From a virus, in the IMG/VR virus record IMGVR_UViG_3300037319_000172, positions 1 through 64,000 of that record: DNA of 64,000 bases; one strand, 5' to 3'. The notes below the pieces were generated by a model. It had not been told where the DNA came from. It ran no database searches and saw only the letters and a program-made list of their open reading frames with translations. The position numbers and the translations under genes were made by a program. Below, in pieces: positions 48,414 through 58,616 of this stretch. Position 1 is the first letter of the stretch. Every line of letters starts with the position of its first letter.

Positions 48414-49919
48414 TTATTTTTTAATAGAATCCATATTATTTAATCTACCAGGCCATTCTCTTCTCAACAGTGTCATACTTTGTCGTATTGCTCCATTCTT
48501 ATAAAAATATCTAATAGATCCTACTATATAAAATCCACTTAAAAATTCATCAACAATATTAGAAGTATCTCCGGTAACATCATCAATATCTGCTGACTGC
48601 GATGCTTCAAAACCAAGTTCTTCTTTTTTAGCTTTTGCCGCCATGTCCGCTACAACCTGATTATACGTTTGTTGATATACTACTACTGGTATTTTTTGAA
48701 ATCTATATATTGCTGGATTCCAAGAAGACAACTCAACTTCTAAAAACATTTTATTTAATTCTTGTAAGTTTTGCTGATTATGTATTCCAGAAAAGTTATA
48801 GTTTAAGTGTGTATTTGAAGTCGCAGGATCATTATCTCTTCTTCCTACATATTTATACTTTATTTCTTGTTTATATCTCTCCTCATCCCTACGACCCTTC
48901 AGAGGCTCTACAATGTCCTTTAGTACAGTCGATGATAAAGGCTCTATATTAAAGTTAACTAATCCTTCCTCAGAATCGTTTTCAAAGAACTGTAACACTC
49001 TTTTATATCCATTCTTTTTGGACATTCTTCCAGCATTATTTTTTAAAGAGTATTTATCAATATGTAAATTAGTGCCTTCTAATTCAGGTTTTGTAGATAA
49101 TAAAAGATCTGATTTAATTTCGTTAGTTGTATTAGATGCGTCTTTATCTACTATGTCGTTTAAGTCTATGTCCATTGCAATTAATGCTTCTTCAAAATCA
49201 TCAGGTGCATTTAACATAACATTTAAATCAACATACGTTAGATAATAAAAAGGATCTATACAAAATGTTTGAAAAGAATCATCATTAACATATGAGTGTT
49301 TTACTAGATCTTCAATAGTATCTATAATAGGCTCAAATGCTGTTATACAATTTGATTCATCGTTTGTCGTATCGACATTACTTGCGAATCCTATTTTTAA
49401 ATCTGTTGCTATCTTTTCTAAATGATCTATCGTAGTACCTTTACCGTATGATTTACATTGCTCAGCGTTTATTCCTGGTATTTTCATTTCACCAGAAAAA
49501 GTGTATTTTCCTCCGCCGTCTCCCTTGATAAGCACACTGCTTGGTGGAGAATCAACTTCAGTTATGTCAAAGTCAATGTGTATGTCTTTATAGTCGTTTT
49601 TAGATCTAGCAGCCATTCTAACTGTAATTACATCGCCATCTCGTGGAAATGATTCTGCATTAAAATTAGATCCGTTATCTACAACTGTTAATTCTAAAGT
49701 AGGTAACATGCCGTCAATATTAAGTTCAAATGATTTAATATCGTTCTGGTTAAACCTATATCCATTTATTATTATCAATGGAAACTCTACTCCCATGCCT
49801 CTAGTTGTATTTGAATTCCCTGGATTATCTCCGTCCTCTTCACTATACGATTCGAATTTGTATTCATCGAGTTTTAATGTAGGTTCTAACCTTGTTAATA
49901 TCTTTCCTTCTAATGCCAT
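48414..49919 (-). CDS. Baseplate hub protein (gp27/gpD-like)
   Basis: N-terminal LELTVVD; C-terminal DEFLSGFYIVGSIRY...MTLLRR. Confidence 0.7.
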   Translation of the reverse strand: MALEGKILTRLEPTLKLDEYKFESYSEEDGDNPGNSNTTRGMGVEFPLIIINGYRFNQNDIKSFELNIDGMLPTLELTVVDNGSNFNAESFPRDGDVITVRMAARSKNDYKDIHIDFDITEVDSPPSSVLIKGDGGGKYTFSGEMKIPGINAEQCKSYGKGTTIDHLEKIATDLKIGFASNVDTTNDESNCITAFEPIIDTIEDLVKHSYVNDDSFQTFCIDPFYYLTYVDLNVMLNAPDDFEEALIAMDIDLNDIVDKDASNTTNEIKSDLLLSTKPELEGTNLHIDKYSLKNNAGRMSKKNGYKRVLQFFENDSEEGLVNFNIEPLSSTVLKDIVEPLKGRRDEERYKQEIKYKYVGRRDNDPATSNTHLNYNFSGIHNQQNLQELNKMFLEVELSSWNPAIYRFQKIPVVVYQQTYNQVVADMAAKAKKEELGFEASQSADIDDVTGDTSNIVDEFLSGFYIVGSIRYFYKNGAIRQSMTLLRREWPGRLNNMDSIKK

Positions 49920-49920
49920 T

Positions 49921-50412
49921 TTATAGTATTATAGTGTCTCCGTTAATATCTATGTTCTTTTCTCCGTCTTTTAAAATATTCGGCGGAACGATCTGAGTAG
50001 ATCCGTTTTGTTTTTCTGCCGCTTTCTTTTTTAAATAAGATGCTCTACCAGCGTCTTTAACTGTTAACCTCTTAGAATCTATAAATTGATCTTTAATAGA
50101 TGTTTCTTTTGAAGTTCCTGCTTCTTTTATTGTTTTCCAAGCTTTAAATTTAATATCAAGAGGTGGAATGTTTAATACATCTCCTTCATTAATTGAAAAA
50201 GGATTAGAAATATTATTAAACTTTAAAATTAGTTCCGAAGCATCTTCGTCGTTATAATATATTTTAGATATCATATCTATTCTACATACTTCATCCGCAG
50301 TAACAATGTGAGTTGCTATTGTTTGAGTCTCTTCTGGAAATATAACGTAAGGTTCTCCTAATCTTACCTTGTCGTCTTTTATCTTTTTATTATCTATAGA
50401 TTTGAATTTCAT
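49921..50412 (-). CDS. Baseplate wedge protein (gp53/LysM-like)
   Basis: RIDMISKIYY...ILKFNNISNPFSINEGDVLNIP. Confidence 0.8.
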   Translation of the reverse strand: MKFKSIDNKKIKDDKVRLGEPYVIFPEETQTIATHIVTADEVCRIDMISKIYYNDEDASELILKFNNISNPFSINEGDVLNIPPLDIKFKAWKTIKEAGTSKETSIKDQFIDSKRLTVKDAGRASYLKKKAAEKQNGSTQIVPPNILKDGEKNIDINGDTIIL

Positions 50413-50413
50413 A

Positions 50414-52162
50414 TTATCCGTTTACTTGTTTTGTCAGCTCGCTGTCCAAGTCCGATTTTTGTTGTTTACTATATGCGTTTACATTTGTAGTATTATTGAT
50501 GTCTTTCTCTCCATCAGGTTGTATGTAGAATCTACCTCGACCTGCATTAAACATACTTTCTATTTCTGCTTTATCTCTAGGTCTTGCTGGTTTCAACGTA
50601 ACTTCAACGACTAATCTTTCTGGAAAATCCTGAACTCCCATAGGTCCTTCAAAACTAACAGAAGTATCAGTACATGCTAAGTTACCAATAACAGCAATTG
50701 GATTTAATGGATTTCCTATAGTAACATGCCATTGTCCAGTAGGATCTCCTGTTAACAATGAATTAACTGCCATACCTCCTTGTGGAGAATTAAACATTTT
50801 CATCATCGAACCTCCTAAAAGATTATTTAAAGTCTTTCCTACTCCTCCTCCTTTTATAAAATCTTTAGCACCAGCTACGATATCATCCATCGGATTTCCA
50901 GAATTTTTACCTGTTAAATCGCTAATAATAGATTTCATAAATCCTGCAGCATCTCCATTTCTTAATTTACCAATATCACCTAAAGGCCTAGCGACAGAAC
51001 CATCTCCAATATATCGAGTAGCTCCACCCCAGAAAGGTGCATTATTATATGTAAGTGCTAATATATTAGATAATTGATCTAACATTAATATTTTTGGATT
51101 AGCTCCTCCTAAATCTCTTAGTTCATATTCGAATTTAAGTTTAAACTCTTGATCAAAGTTTAATCCAGATTCTCTTACTAAAACCTCTTTAATAACGTTT
51201 AAAGGTCCAAATACGTGATTAGGATATGTTTCCTTAAATGAATCATAACCTGCACCTCCATTATCTAATCTAGATTGTTCGGCAGCAGATCTACCAGAAG
51301 CAGCGTTACCTGCCGCCTTAAGTATTTTATTATTATTAATGAATGATCCTGCAGTTCCTGATTGTGCTCCTCTTCTAGATTGAATTTCTTGAACAGCAGC
51401 TTCTGCCTTCTTCCAATTATACCCATGTGAAAACTTCATGATGTCTTCCAATTTATTACCGGTTGCTTCTCCTAGCCATGTTACTGCTCTCGCGATATCA
51501 GGTTGTGGAACATTGTCGCCTGTTAATCCTTTTGGACTAATAATGTCATCGGGTGATGGGAATGAAAACCTTCTTAAAGTTATCATCATGTTATTTGGTA
51601 TTTTACCAAAATATTTAGTTAATGCAAAATCAGAATACTGATATCTATATCCTGCTCCACCGCTAGTATCTGTCATTTCTATGATTTTAGAAGCAGTTGG
51701 ATTAATTAAAGTTTTAGGATCTATTTTATTAAAAAACTTAGTCTGACCTTCAACCTTAGAACCAGTTGATGTCATTGGAGTCCCTCTGAAATTAACTAAA
51801 GAGTATTTATTAAAAAGAGAGTATGGACGAGGGCCGATACTAATATTAGCATCTCCATTAACATCCTTATGTCTATATGATGCCACTGAATCTGTATAAA
51901 AAACATCTCCTCCAATGGTACCTCTATTTTCTTGAGTAGGTTCACCCTGTATTGCAGCAACATTTAAACTAGAATCTTCAACGTTAGAAGACTTTAAAGA
52001 ATTCTCGTTGTTTCTAGTTCTTATCTGAGCGTTAACTCCATCAGGATTTTCAATATCAAATAAATCGTTAAGTTTATCTTTTATTGTGTTAGTTCCTAAT
52101 TCACTAAGATTTGTAATTGCCTCGTTTGAGTTATTTATACCTCCACTAATGTCTAATCCCAT
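50414..52162 (-). CDS. Baseplate tail-tube junction protein (gp48-like)
   Basis: C-terminal WHVTIGNP...IGNLACTD...FPERLVVEVTLKP tube-fold pattern; late promoter at 52196-52203. Confidence 0.55.
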   Translation of the reverse strand: MGLDISGGINNSNEAITNLSELGTNTIKDKLNDLFDIENPDGVNAQIRTRNNENSLKSSNVEDSSLNVAAIQGEPTQENRGTIGGDVFYTDSVASYRHKDVNGDANISIGPRPYSLFNKYSLVNFRGTPMTSTGSKVEGQTKFFNKIDPKTLINPTASKIIEMTDTSGGAGYRYQYSDFALTKYFGKIPNNMMITLRRFSFPSPDDIISPKGLTGDNVPQPDIARAVTWLGEATGNKLEDIMKFSHGYNWKKAEAAVQEIQSRRGAQSGTAGSFINNNKILKAAGNAASGRSAAEQSRLDNGGAGYDSFKETYPNHVFGPLNVIKEVLVRESGLNFDQEFKLKFEYELRDLGGANPKILMLDQLSNILALTYNNAPFWGGATRYIGDGSVARPLGDIGKLRNGDAAGFMKSIISDLTGKNSGNPMDDIVAGAKDFIKGGGVGKTLNNLLGGSMMKMFNSPQGGMAVNSLLTGDPTGQWHVTIGNPLNPIAVIGNLACTDTSVSFEGPMGVQDFPERLVVEVTLKPARPRDKAEIESMFNAGRGRFYIQPDGEKDINNTTNVNAYSKQQKSDLDSELTKQVNG

Positions 52163-52215
52163 ATATATTATACTATTGTTTTATACGTAGTACTCTATAT
52201 ATTAGTATTAATTGC

Positions 52216-52806
52216 CTAACCTTTTAAGTTATCGTATTCAGGGCCCATTGGTCGGAATAAAAGTTTGTTGAAGTACTCCGGATCTTTAGGTATTCTGTCA
52301 CCTAGAAACTTTTTAAGATGTGCCTCGAATACTCCTTTAGATTCGTAATAGTATTTACCCTTAGAATAAGAACGTCTAGAAGCTCTCTCATACAACTCTC
52401 TGATCTCTTTTTCAATTAAAAAGTCTTGTATATTTAAATAGAGTTCATTTATTTCATTAAGAGTTCGAGTACACATTACAGAATCTACTGTAATCATGTA
52501 TGTCTCTGCATTCGCATCTAAATACTTTTGAAGTTCTTCCTTATTTTTAATACCAGATCTATTAAACCTAAATTTAGTAGCGCCACCTTTAAAGTTTTTC
52601 TCGAAGTTCATCTCGAAGAAATATCTTTTTAAGAAATTAATATCATCATAGAATTTAACTATTCTTATTTGATACTTCGGCATTGTTTCGTCAAATTTAA
52701 CGTCGTAGATTAGCGCCCTAACAGGGAAAACGATATTTGAATATCGAGTGTTTGAAATAAGAGCATGTATGTATTCACCTTTACTAAATAAACGATGTCT
52801 AATCAT
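52216..52806 (-). CDS. Hypothetical protein
   Basis: 196 aa ORF. Confidence 0.6.
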   Translation of the reverse strand: MIRHRLFSKGEYIHALISNTRYSNIVFPVRALIYDVKFDETMPKYQIRIVKFYDDINFLKRYFFEMNFEKNFKGGATKFRFNRSGIKNKEELQKYLDANAETYMITVDSVMCTRTLNEINELYLNIQDFLIEKEIRELYERASRRSYSKGKYYYESKGVFEAHLKKFLGDRIPKDPEYFNKLLFRPMGPEYDNLKG

Positions 52807-53221
52807 TGTCTATAAATTTAATAAAATCAAATTGACCTATAATACTACGAGAAGGTACTTCATCCATGTTTAAAGAATTAAGAACAAATTCTATATCTCT
52901 ATCAGTATAACTATATACCATTTCTTTAAAGTTAAGTACAGTATCTTGTGAAAGGTCTCTAAAAGTGTATACTATTGTTGTAGTTTTTTTCTTTTCAGAA
53001 TTCATAACAGTTTTAAATGAATTCATTATATTTAAACCAATGACATAATCATTAGGTTCTTTACTGTATGGATCTGATTTAATTAGTTTATTTTTAATAA
53101 TAGAAAAGTCGATAACAGTCAACTGCGGATCTTCAATAGCTCTCACGAACTTGTTGAAATCTCTTTTTGACTGATACCAAACACATTCTATTGTTAAATT
53201 ATCCATTCCTTGTTGATTCAA
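52799..53221 (-). CDS. Hypothetical protein
   Basis: 140 aa ORF overlapping both neighbours. Confidence 0.6.
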   Translation of the reverse strand: MNQQGMDNLTIECVWYQSKRDFNKFVRAIEDPQLTVIDFSIIKNKLIKSDPYSKEPNDYVIGLNIMNSFKTVMNSEKKKTTTIVYTFRDLSQDTVLNFKEMVYSYTDRDIEFVLNSLNMDEVPSRSIIGQFDFIKFIDND

Positions 53222-53513
53222 GATTCTGTATCTGAGCCTTGAGATTCTTTATTTTAAAGTCGATTTCCTTGTCGGTTGGTTTGTAATTAGAACCCCAACA
53301 TGGATTTACTTGTATTTGAATTTTTGAATTTGAATTTCCAAACTCTAATCCAAGATCGACACTTAGTTCTTCAATAAATTTAATCTTATTAGATACAGAA
53401 TTAAATTCATAGATTGTAGTAGACTCATAAGCCTCTCCACCTCCGTTTATATTGTCATCAGTAACGCTTTTAATAACACCGTTATCTGCCAGTTTTATAT
53501 TAATCTCTTGCAT
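53199..53513 (-). CDS. Hypothetical protein
   Basis: 104 aa ORF. Confidence 0.6.
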   Translation of the reverse strand: MQEINIKLADNGVIKSVTDDNINGGGEAYESTTIYEFNSVSNKIKFIEELSVDLGLEFGNSNSKIQIQVNPCWGSNYKPTDKEIDFKIKNLKAQIQNLESTRNG

Positions 53514-53892
53514 TCTTTCTCGCTATTAAAGATTGCTGTGCTTCTTTCCTTAGAGATTTTATTACTTTTTTGTCTTCTTTAAGAGTTTCTGGATCTCTTA
53601 ATGTCTGTATAGTCCATGCTTCTTCTAATTTTAGAATTTCACTATCGTTATATCCAGTCTCAGACCAAGTTTGCTTTGACGCATTTAGTTTTAATTGAAG
53701 TTGATCTTCAATAGAATCATTAACCCTATTAGTGTGTGCGCTTTCAGCAGCAGTCCCATCTTCTCTCATTTTACCGTACCACGCCCTAGCTTGTGGAGAG
53801 AAAAAACCGAATTGATTTTTAATCTTTAAGAATCCAGCATCATTAAAATCTTGTCTTCTTTGCTTTCTTGCACTCGTAGTTCCTTTACCCAT
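53500..53892 (-). CDS. Hypothetical basic helical protein
   Basis: 130 aa; late promoter at 53921-53928. Confidence 0.6.
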   Translation of the reverse strand: MGKGTTSARKQRRQDFNDAGFLKIKNQFGFFSPQARAWYGKMREDGTAAESAHTNRVNDSIEDQLQLKLNASKQTWSETGYNDSEILKLEEAWTIQTLRDPETLKEDKKVIKSLRKEAQQSLIARKNARD

Positions 53893-53940
53893 TATATTGT
53901 TTTAAATTAATTGATATTAATATTTATCTGAATTAGTATA

Positions 53941-54435
53941 CTACTGGTAATATTGTTCTAGAAATGTAGTTATATTTTCTTTAACATATACGTGTAGCTT
54001 CTCTATCTCTATTTGACTAGAAGCAGCAGCTGCTATTTCTTCGTTTAAATCTTCGTCTTCCATTCCTCCTGCTAGGATAGAATACAATTCAGGAGTTGGT
54101 ATATTTAAGTTAATAGTAATAGGAACGCTAACTACATTCTTTTTACTCATTTTTGTTATCATTTTACCCATAATAGATACTGGAGCAGCTTCCACTGCTT
54201 TAGTTTCTGTAACTGGTTTCTTATTTGTCTTAGGTGCAACACCTACTGGACTTGGAAAAGGCAGTACGCCATCGACAACAGGTTCTAGAAATTCAGACAC
54301 AAGAGTTCTAAATATCCTTTCGCCGTTTGTAAAATTTATAAACTTTTCATCTGCGTTTAAAACATCAACAACTTCACCGAAATTGTCTCCTTTTCTCCAT
54401 TGATACTGTTTTGAATTTTCTTTCACTTCTGTCAT
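53941..54435 (-). CDS. Hypothetical protein
   Basis: 164 aa; middle-type promoter at 54453-54479. Confidence 0.6.
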   Translation of the reverse strand: MTEVKENSKQYQWRKGDNFGEVVDVLNADEKFINFTNGERIFRTLVSEFLEPVVDGVLPFPSPVGVAPKTNKKPVTETKAVEAAPVSIMGKMITKMSKKNVVSVPITINLNIPTPELYSILAGGMEDEDLNEEIAAAASSQIEIEKLHVYVKENITTFLEQYYQ

Positions 54436-54452
54436 TTTAAATTATTTAATAG

Positions 54453-54479
54453 TTATATTAAAAAAACTAGTTTTGTTTA
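54453..54479 (-). promoter_or_regulatory. Middle-type promoter
   Basis: TAAAC-17 nt-TATAA. Confidence 0.5.
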
Positions 54480-54664
54480 TTTTTAGACTTAAGATTTTTA
54501 TTATGTTCTGTAGAGAACGTATCTATATAGTCTATAGATTCTGGAGAACCTATCAATGCGTCGGGACTCGTTACGTATATTTTATAGAACATAGTCGATC
54601 CTATCATTGATAATCTTTCTTTTAAATCTTCTAGTTCTGGTACAAATCTTTTATTAAATCCCAT
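54467..54664 (-). CDS. Hypothetical protein
   Basis: 65 aa ORF starting MGFNKRFV. Confidence 0.6.
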   Translation of the reverse strand: MGFNKRFVPELEDLKERLSMIGSTMFYKIYVTSPDALIGSPESIDYIDTFSTEHNKNLKSKNKQN

Positions 54665-55172
54665 TCCATGTATTTACTTGTTCAACTCCTATGCCTGCAT
54701 TTTTTAATAAATCAACGCCACTCATATCTCTATAATCTTCAGTGTAATACACTTTAGATATTCCCGCTTGTATAATTAATTTAGCACATCCGAAACAAGG
54801 ACATGTTGTTGTATATAGCTCAGCGCCTAAACAACTCATCGTAGATTTTGCAACTTTCATTATTGCGTTTGATTCAGCATGTAAAACAGCAGGCTTAGTC
54901 GCTTGTGATTCTTTAGTACAAACTCCTCGATCACATTCATATCCTTGTTCCATTAAATCTAATGCAATATCTGGATTTTCATAATGATGTCTAGTAATTA
55001 TAGGTTCTTCACATACATTGTTAAAACCATGCGGCATTCCATTATATCCAAACGAAATAACTTGATGGTCTTTAACAATAATACATCCTACCTTTCTTCT
55101 TTCAGCATAACTCAATTTAGAAAACTGATAAGCTGTTTGCATGTATACTAATTCAATTGGTATCTTTGGCAT
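54654..55172 (-). CDS. dCMP deaminase
   Basis: KVGCII, GYNG, HAESNA and PCFGC zinc-binding motifs. Confidence 0.92.
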   Translation of the reverse strand: MPKIPIELVYMQTAYQFSKLSYAERRKVGCIIVKDHQVISFGYNGMPHGFNNVCEEPIITRHHYENPDIALDLMEQGYECDRGVCTKESQATKPAVLHAESNAIMKVAKSTMSCLGAELYTTTCPCFGCAKLIIQAGISKVYYTEDYRDMSGVDLLKNAGIGVEQVNTWNGI

Positions 55173-55193
55173 ATTATTATATTATTATAATAT

Positions 55194-55221
55194 TTATACC
55201 AATTAATCTAGTATTGTTTAC
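55194..55221 (-). promoter_or_regulatory. Middle-type promoter
   Basis: GTAAAC-17 nt-TATAA. Confidence 0.55.
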
Positions 55222-55222
55222 G

Positions 55223-55249
55223 AAAAAAGCCCGGATAGATCCGAGCTTT
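55223..55249 (-). terminator. Intrinsic terminator
   Basis: Minus strand AAAGCTCGGA-TCTA-TCCGGGCTTTTTT. Confidence 0.75.
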
Positions 55250-55273
55250 AAGTTAATTTATATTGTAAGTGTA

Positions 55274-55900
55274 TTAGTAGTTTTCTTGTTCTGAGATGTA
55301 TTCCTCAATATCGTTTTGATCTTTTTTTGATTTTAACATCTTCACTACTTGATCAGCTATGCCTTTAACTGAACGTTCGTTGTGACCTGATTCGTAACAA
55401 AAAGAAAGCTTTCCATCCTGTTTAATAGGCCAACATATTGAGTCTGCCTCTATATCATTGTCAGCATACCATTGTTGGATCTTATATGTTTTCATATCAA
55501 CAGAAAATGCCGGGTAACTTCCTCTTCTAACAGATTCAGCTACATCAATAGCGTCTCCCGATAATTCAGATTCTTTTAATTCAGTAATTTTATCAGTATA
55601 AGATTCAACCATTTTATTACAAGCTGCTTCGAATGCTTCAGTTGAATATTCTTCTTTCATTTCCTTTAATGCCCCAACAGCTAATGTAGCTATTAACGCA
55701 GCATTTTCAGACATGTAAGATTCTACAGTGTGAGAATCATGTGCATCATCTTCGTATACTTTAGCTTCGTTCTTACAAGACTCGTAAACCTTCTCTAACA
55801 TTGAAGATACTGTTTCTTCTACTTTCTCTTCTTTTTCTTTTTTAGATTCTACTTCAGCCTGCTCATTAAGATATTGGCTATATGATTTGAATTTATTCAT
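55274..55900 (-). CDS. Putative internal head protein
   Basis: MNKFKSYSQYLNE start; acidic N-terminal half; different domain after VAES. Confidence 0.6.
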   Translation of the reverse strand: MNKFKSYSQYLNEQAEVESKKEKEEKVEETVSSMLEKVYESCKNEAKVYEDDAHDSHTVESYMSENAALIATLAVGALKEMKEEYSTEAFEAACNKMVESYTDKITELKESELSGDAIDVAESVRRGSYPAFSVDMKTYKIQQWYADNDIEADSICWPIKQDGKLSFCYESGHNERSVKGIADQVVKMLKSKKDQNDIEEYISEQENY

Positions 55901-55916
55901 TTTATCTTTCTAATAT

Positions 55917-56927
55917 TTATTTTACAGAAAACATTTCCATTGGTTGCCTGCCAGTTTGCTTTTGAAATGCACGGACAGGTGTTTTGTATCCTTTCTTTTT
56001 ATAATATTTTATTAAATTTTCTTTAGTTGATTTAAAAGAATCTACAATAGTAATGGTTCCGCTATATGTTTTCTTATGTTTGTCATTATCTACAAGTTTA
56101 TATTTACTACTTTCAGTATCTAATACACCACTCGAATACAATAATGCACCGTTGTCACAAACAGAAACATAAGCACTATCATTGAATATACCCCATCCGA
56201 ATTTAGTTTTACCTGTAGTTGCTGGTATGCTACCAATTGGTATTACGTATAATGGCAATACACCGCCTAGATCTGTAATTACATTTATTACGTCATCTGC
56301 ATATTTTTTTAAAATAAGTTGATCAATAATGTCGTAAAATGTTAATGGAATACTTTCATCAGCATTTACGTATATCTTATTTGCTGTTTTACGAGAAACA
56401 GTACATACTATTACTTCATTTTCCTCTTCTATTCCATCTTTATCACCTTCGATAATACCGAAATCCATTAATTCACCATTAACTTTAAGTTTAAAGCTAA
56501 TTTGCTTTCTATAATTTTCGTTAGGATCAAGAATACGCATAATATCTCCATTAAGAGTACCAATACTATCTGAAGTGTAATACTCCATACTACCCCATGT
56601 CAACTCATGATCAGCACTTAATTTATGCTTTAATTTAGTAATCTTTTTAACGTCTGTTTTATCCCAATCATTTGCTTTGACTGTTTTTGGACCAAACGCA
56701 GATGCTTCATTAATAGGTTGTTCCGTTATTGCTTCTTCCTGCTCTTCTACTTTAAAAGTTTCACCTTCAAATTCAAATTCAGAATCTCCAGCTTCTTTAG
56801 CCTTTCTAACTGCGTCCCCAAATGCGTTACCTTCTTCTACTTCTTCCTCTTCGTGCTTAGTTCCTTTATGTTCAAGAGTTTGTTGCTTCTTGATAGAAAA
56901 CTCTTCGAATGATTTTAATTTTGCCAT
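55917..56927 (-). CDS. Putative internal head protein with C-terminal cargo domain
   Basis: MAKLKSFEEF start; EEGNAFGDAVRKAKEAG module; PINE boundary; late promoter at 56954-56961. Confidence 0.6.
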   Translation of the reverse strand: MAKLKSFEEFSIKKQQTLEHKGTKHEEEEVEEGNAFGDAVRKAKEAGDSEFEFEGETFKVEEQEEAITEQPINEASAFGPKTVKANDWDKTDVKKITKLKHKLSADHELTWGSMEYYTSDSIGTLNGDIMRILDPNENYRKQISFKLKVNGELMDFGIIEGDKDGIEEENEVIVCTVSRKTANKIYVNADESIPLTFYDIIDQLILKKYADDVINVITDLGGVLPLYVIPIGSIPATTGKTKFGWGIFNDSAYVSVCDNGALLYSSGVLDTESSKYKLVDNDKHKKTYSGTITIVDSFKSTKENLIKYYKKKGYKTPVRAFQKQTGRQPMEMFSVK

Positions 56928-56960
56928 AATATATTTGTTTTTATTACTTTATATATATAT

Positions 56961-57308
56961 CTATAATATCTTATTGACTTTTAATATCAACTGAGTGGTT
57001 CCTGGAATCAATCTATGTATAACTCCTACTGGTATTTTAACATCAACACCTCTTAATAATTCAACCGGTAATTCATTATCATATTGAAATCTCCAATCAT
57101 TATCTTCTAATACTTCGAGTATTCGAGTCTCATCATCGGCATGCCATTTATAAAGGTAATCAGGATATCCTGTTTCAAATGTTCTAATAACTATAGAATC
57201 TGATATGATGTGTTCAGTAAATGGTTTGGTTTGGTCATTTATATTAGACACAAGTTGTTCCATCGTCATATCACCACACTTACATGATTTACATTTACAA
57301 TCTACCAT
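56961..57308 (-). CDS. Cupin-like conserved phage protein
   Basis: KWHADDETR...WRFQYDNELP...IPVGVIHRL cupin-like His motifs; N-terminal CKCKSCKC. Confidence 0.65.
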   Translation of the reverse strand: MVDCKCKSCKCGDMTMEQLVSNINDQTKPFTEHIISDSIVIRTFETGYPDYLYKWHADDETRILEVLEDNDWRFQYDNELPVELLRGVDVKIPVGVIHRLIPGTTQLILKVNKIL

Positions 57309-57841
57309 GGGTTATCGCTTTTAAGTCCTAATTGCTTTCCAAAAAGTGTAGGCCCATAACATGCCCAGAATCCAGCTTTCATTGGATCCATCTTTTTAGT
57401 TTGATCACATTGATGTCTAGCCCAAAAACTAGCAGCCTTTCCTGCATCATCGTTTTTAACTGTAAGATTAGGATCTCCCCACTCTACTTTCTTTGCTAAT
57501 ACATTTCCTTCTTTGTCCTTTCTACCGCCGTCTCTATATACTATAAACTTCTTACCTCCTCCTCTTTCTGGAGAATCTAATTTTACTTTAACTGTTTTTC
57601 CTCCTCTTGGAGTATATAGTGCAGGTTTACCTACATCTAGATTTTTAGCCATCCATCCGCTAGGTCCTTTAAGAATAACATTATTCTTGTCCCAATACTG
57701 TTTTACTTCTTCAAACAACTTTGAATAAGAATCGCTTCCTAATCTAAAAAAAGAAGTAGTAAGATCTAAATCTTCTTTAATATGTGCCTTTAGCTCCGGA
57801 GATACGTTATCCCAATCTTCAAATGTTTTTATAAATTTCAT
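57302..57841 (-). CDS. Conserved T4-like phage protein with motif N-terminus
   Basis: MKFIKTFEDW; KKFIVY...KKVEWGDP...SFWARHQC...AGFWAC. Confidence 0.65.
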   Translation of the reverse strand: MKFIKTFEDWDNVSPELKAHIKEDLDLTTSFFRLGSDSYSKLFEEVKQYWDKNNVILKGPSGWMAKNLDVGKPALYTPRGGKTVKVKLDSPERGGGKKFIVYRDGGRKDKEGNVLAKKVEWGDPNLTVKNDDAGKAASFWARHQCDQTKKMDPMKAGFWACYGPTLFGKQLGLKSDNPW

Positions 57842-57850
57842 ACTAGTATT

Positions 57851-58153
57851 TTATTTCATGTTATCTATTAAGTCCTGTCTTCCTAATTGTTTATAAACTT
57901 CTTTACGAACCTTTTCCATCTTCTCAGCATACTTTGGATCTTCTTTACGATTAAACACAACCTGCTGTGTTAATGATCCACTTATCTTTTTAACATCTTT
58001 ATCACGAGTCTTTATTAACCATGCTGCTAAATCCTTGATACCTAAATCCTTGAATCTTCCTTCAGCCTCAGGAGCATCTGACTTATGAAAGTCAGGAGCA
58101 CCTGCTGGTTTCTTTTCATTTAAATATTCCTCAAATATTTTTATAAATTTCAT
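57851..58153 (-). CDS. Putative internal head protein
   Basis: MKFIKIFEEYLNE start followed by a basic domain. Confidence 0.6.
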   Translation of the reverse strand: MKFIKIFEEYLNEKKPAGAPDFHKSDAPEAEGRFKDLGIKDLAAWLIKTRDKDVKKISGSLTQQVVFNRKEDPKYAEKMEKVRKEVYKQLGRQDLIDNMK

Positions 58154-58154
58154 A

Positions 58155-58616
58155 TTATTCTTTTTCTGGTTTCCATGGAAGTTTAGAATCTTTACCAGAG
58201 TCTCTCACTTCTTTCGCTAGATCTTTGTCTGCGTTTTGCCAAGTTCCTTTTCCTTTGTCTAAGAATGCATTAACTCTAGCATATCCCCATGCTTCCTGTG
58301 GTACTCCAGGGTGGTGGCTTGAATTCCAAGCTCCCATTCCTCTTCGCATTACAGCTCTTATAATTCCTATTGGTACTCCAGAGCTTTTAGCTTTTTTATC
58401 AAGAGCAGTGTTTACTCCTTTTCCAGCAAGTTTTGCTCTAGAAGTTGTTTTCTCTTTGTCTTCAGCCTCACCGATAAAATTAGGCGTGTTATCATGATTA
58501 CATTTATGACATAAAAATACATCATTACCCCCATCTTGAATTTTCCAATCCCATCCGCAACCGTCACACGTTATAGTGTTAACTGTGAATTCTTCAAATA
58601 ATTGCAAATACTTCAT
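58155..58616 (-). CDS. Motif-bearing protein with zinc ribbon and conserved viral domain
   Basis: MKYLQLFEEF; CDGC...CHKC; RRGMGAW...HHPG...WGYARVNAF. Confidence 0.65.
   Translation of the reverse strand: MKYLQLFEEFTVNTITCDGCGWDWKIQDGGNDVFLCHKCNHDNTPNFIGEAEDKEKTTSRAKLAGKGVNTALDKKAKSSGVPIGIIRAVMRRGMGAWNSSHHPGVPQEAWGYARVNAFLDKGKGTWQNADKDLAKEVRDSGKDSKLPWKPEKE

Noticed and set aside
50414-52162. Tape measure protein
   Set aside because: Only a short Gly/Ala-rich part, too short overall, and the C-terminus is tube-fold-like; no tape measure, sheath, major capsid, portal or terminase gene was recognised in this window
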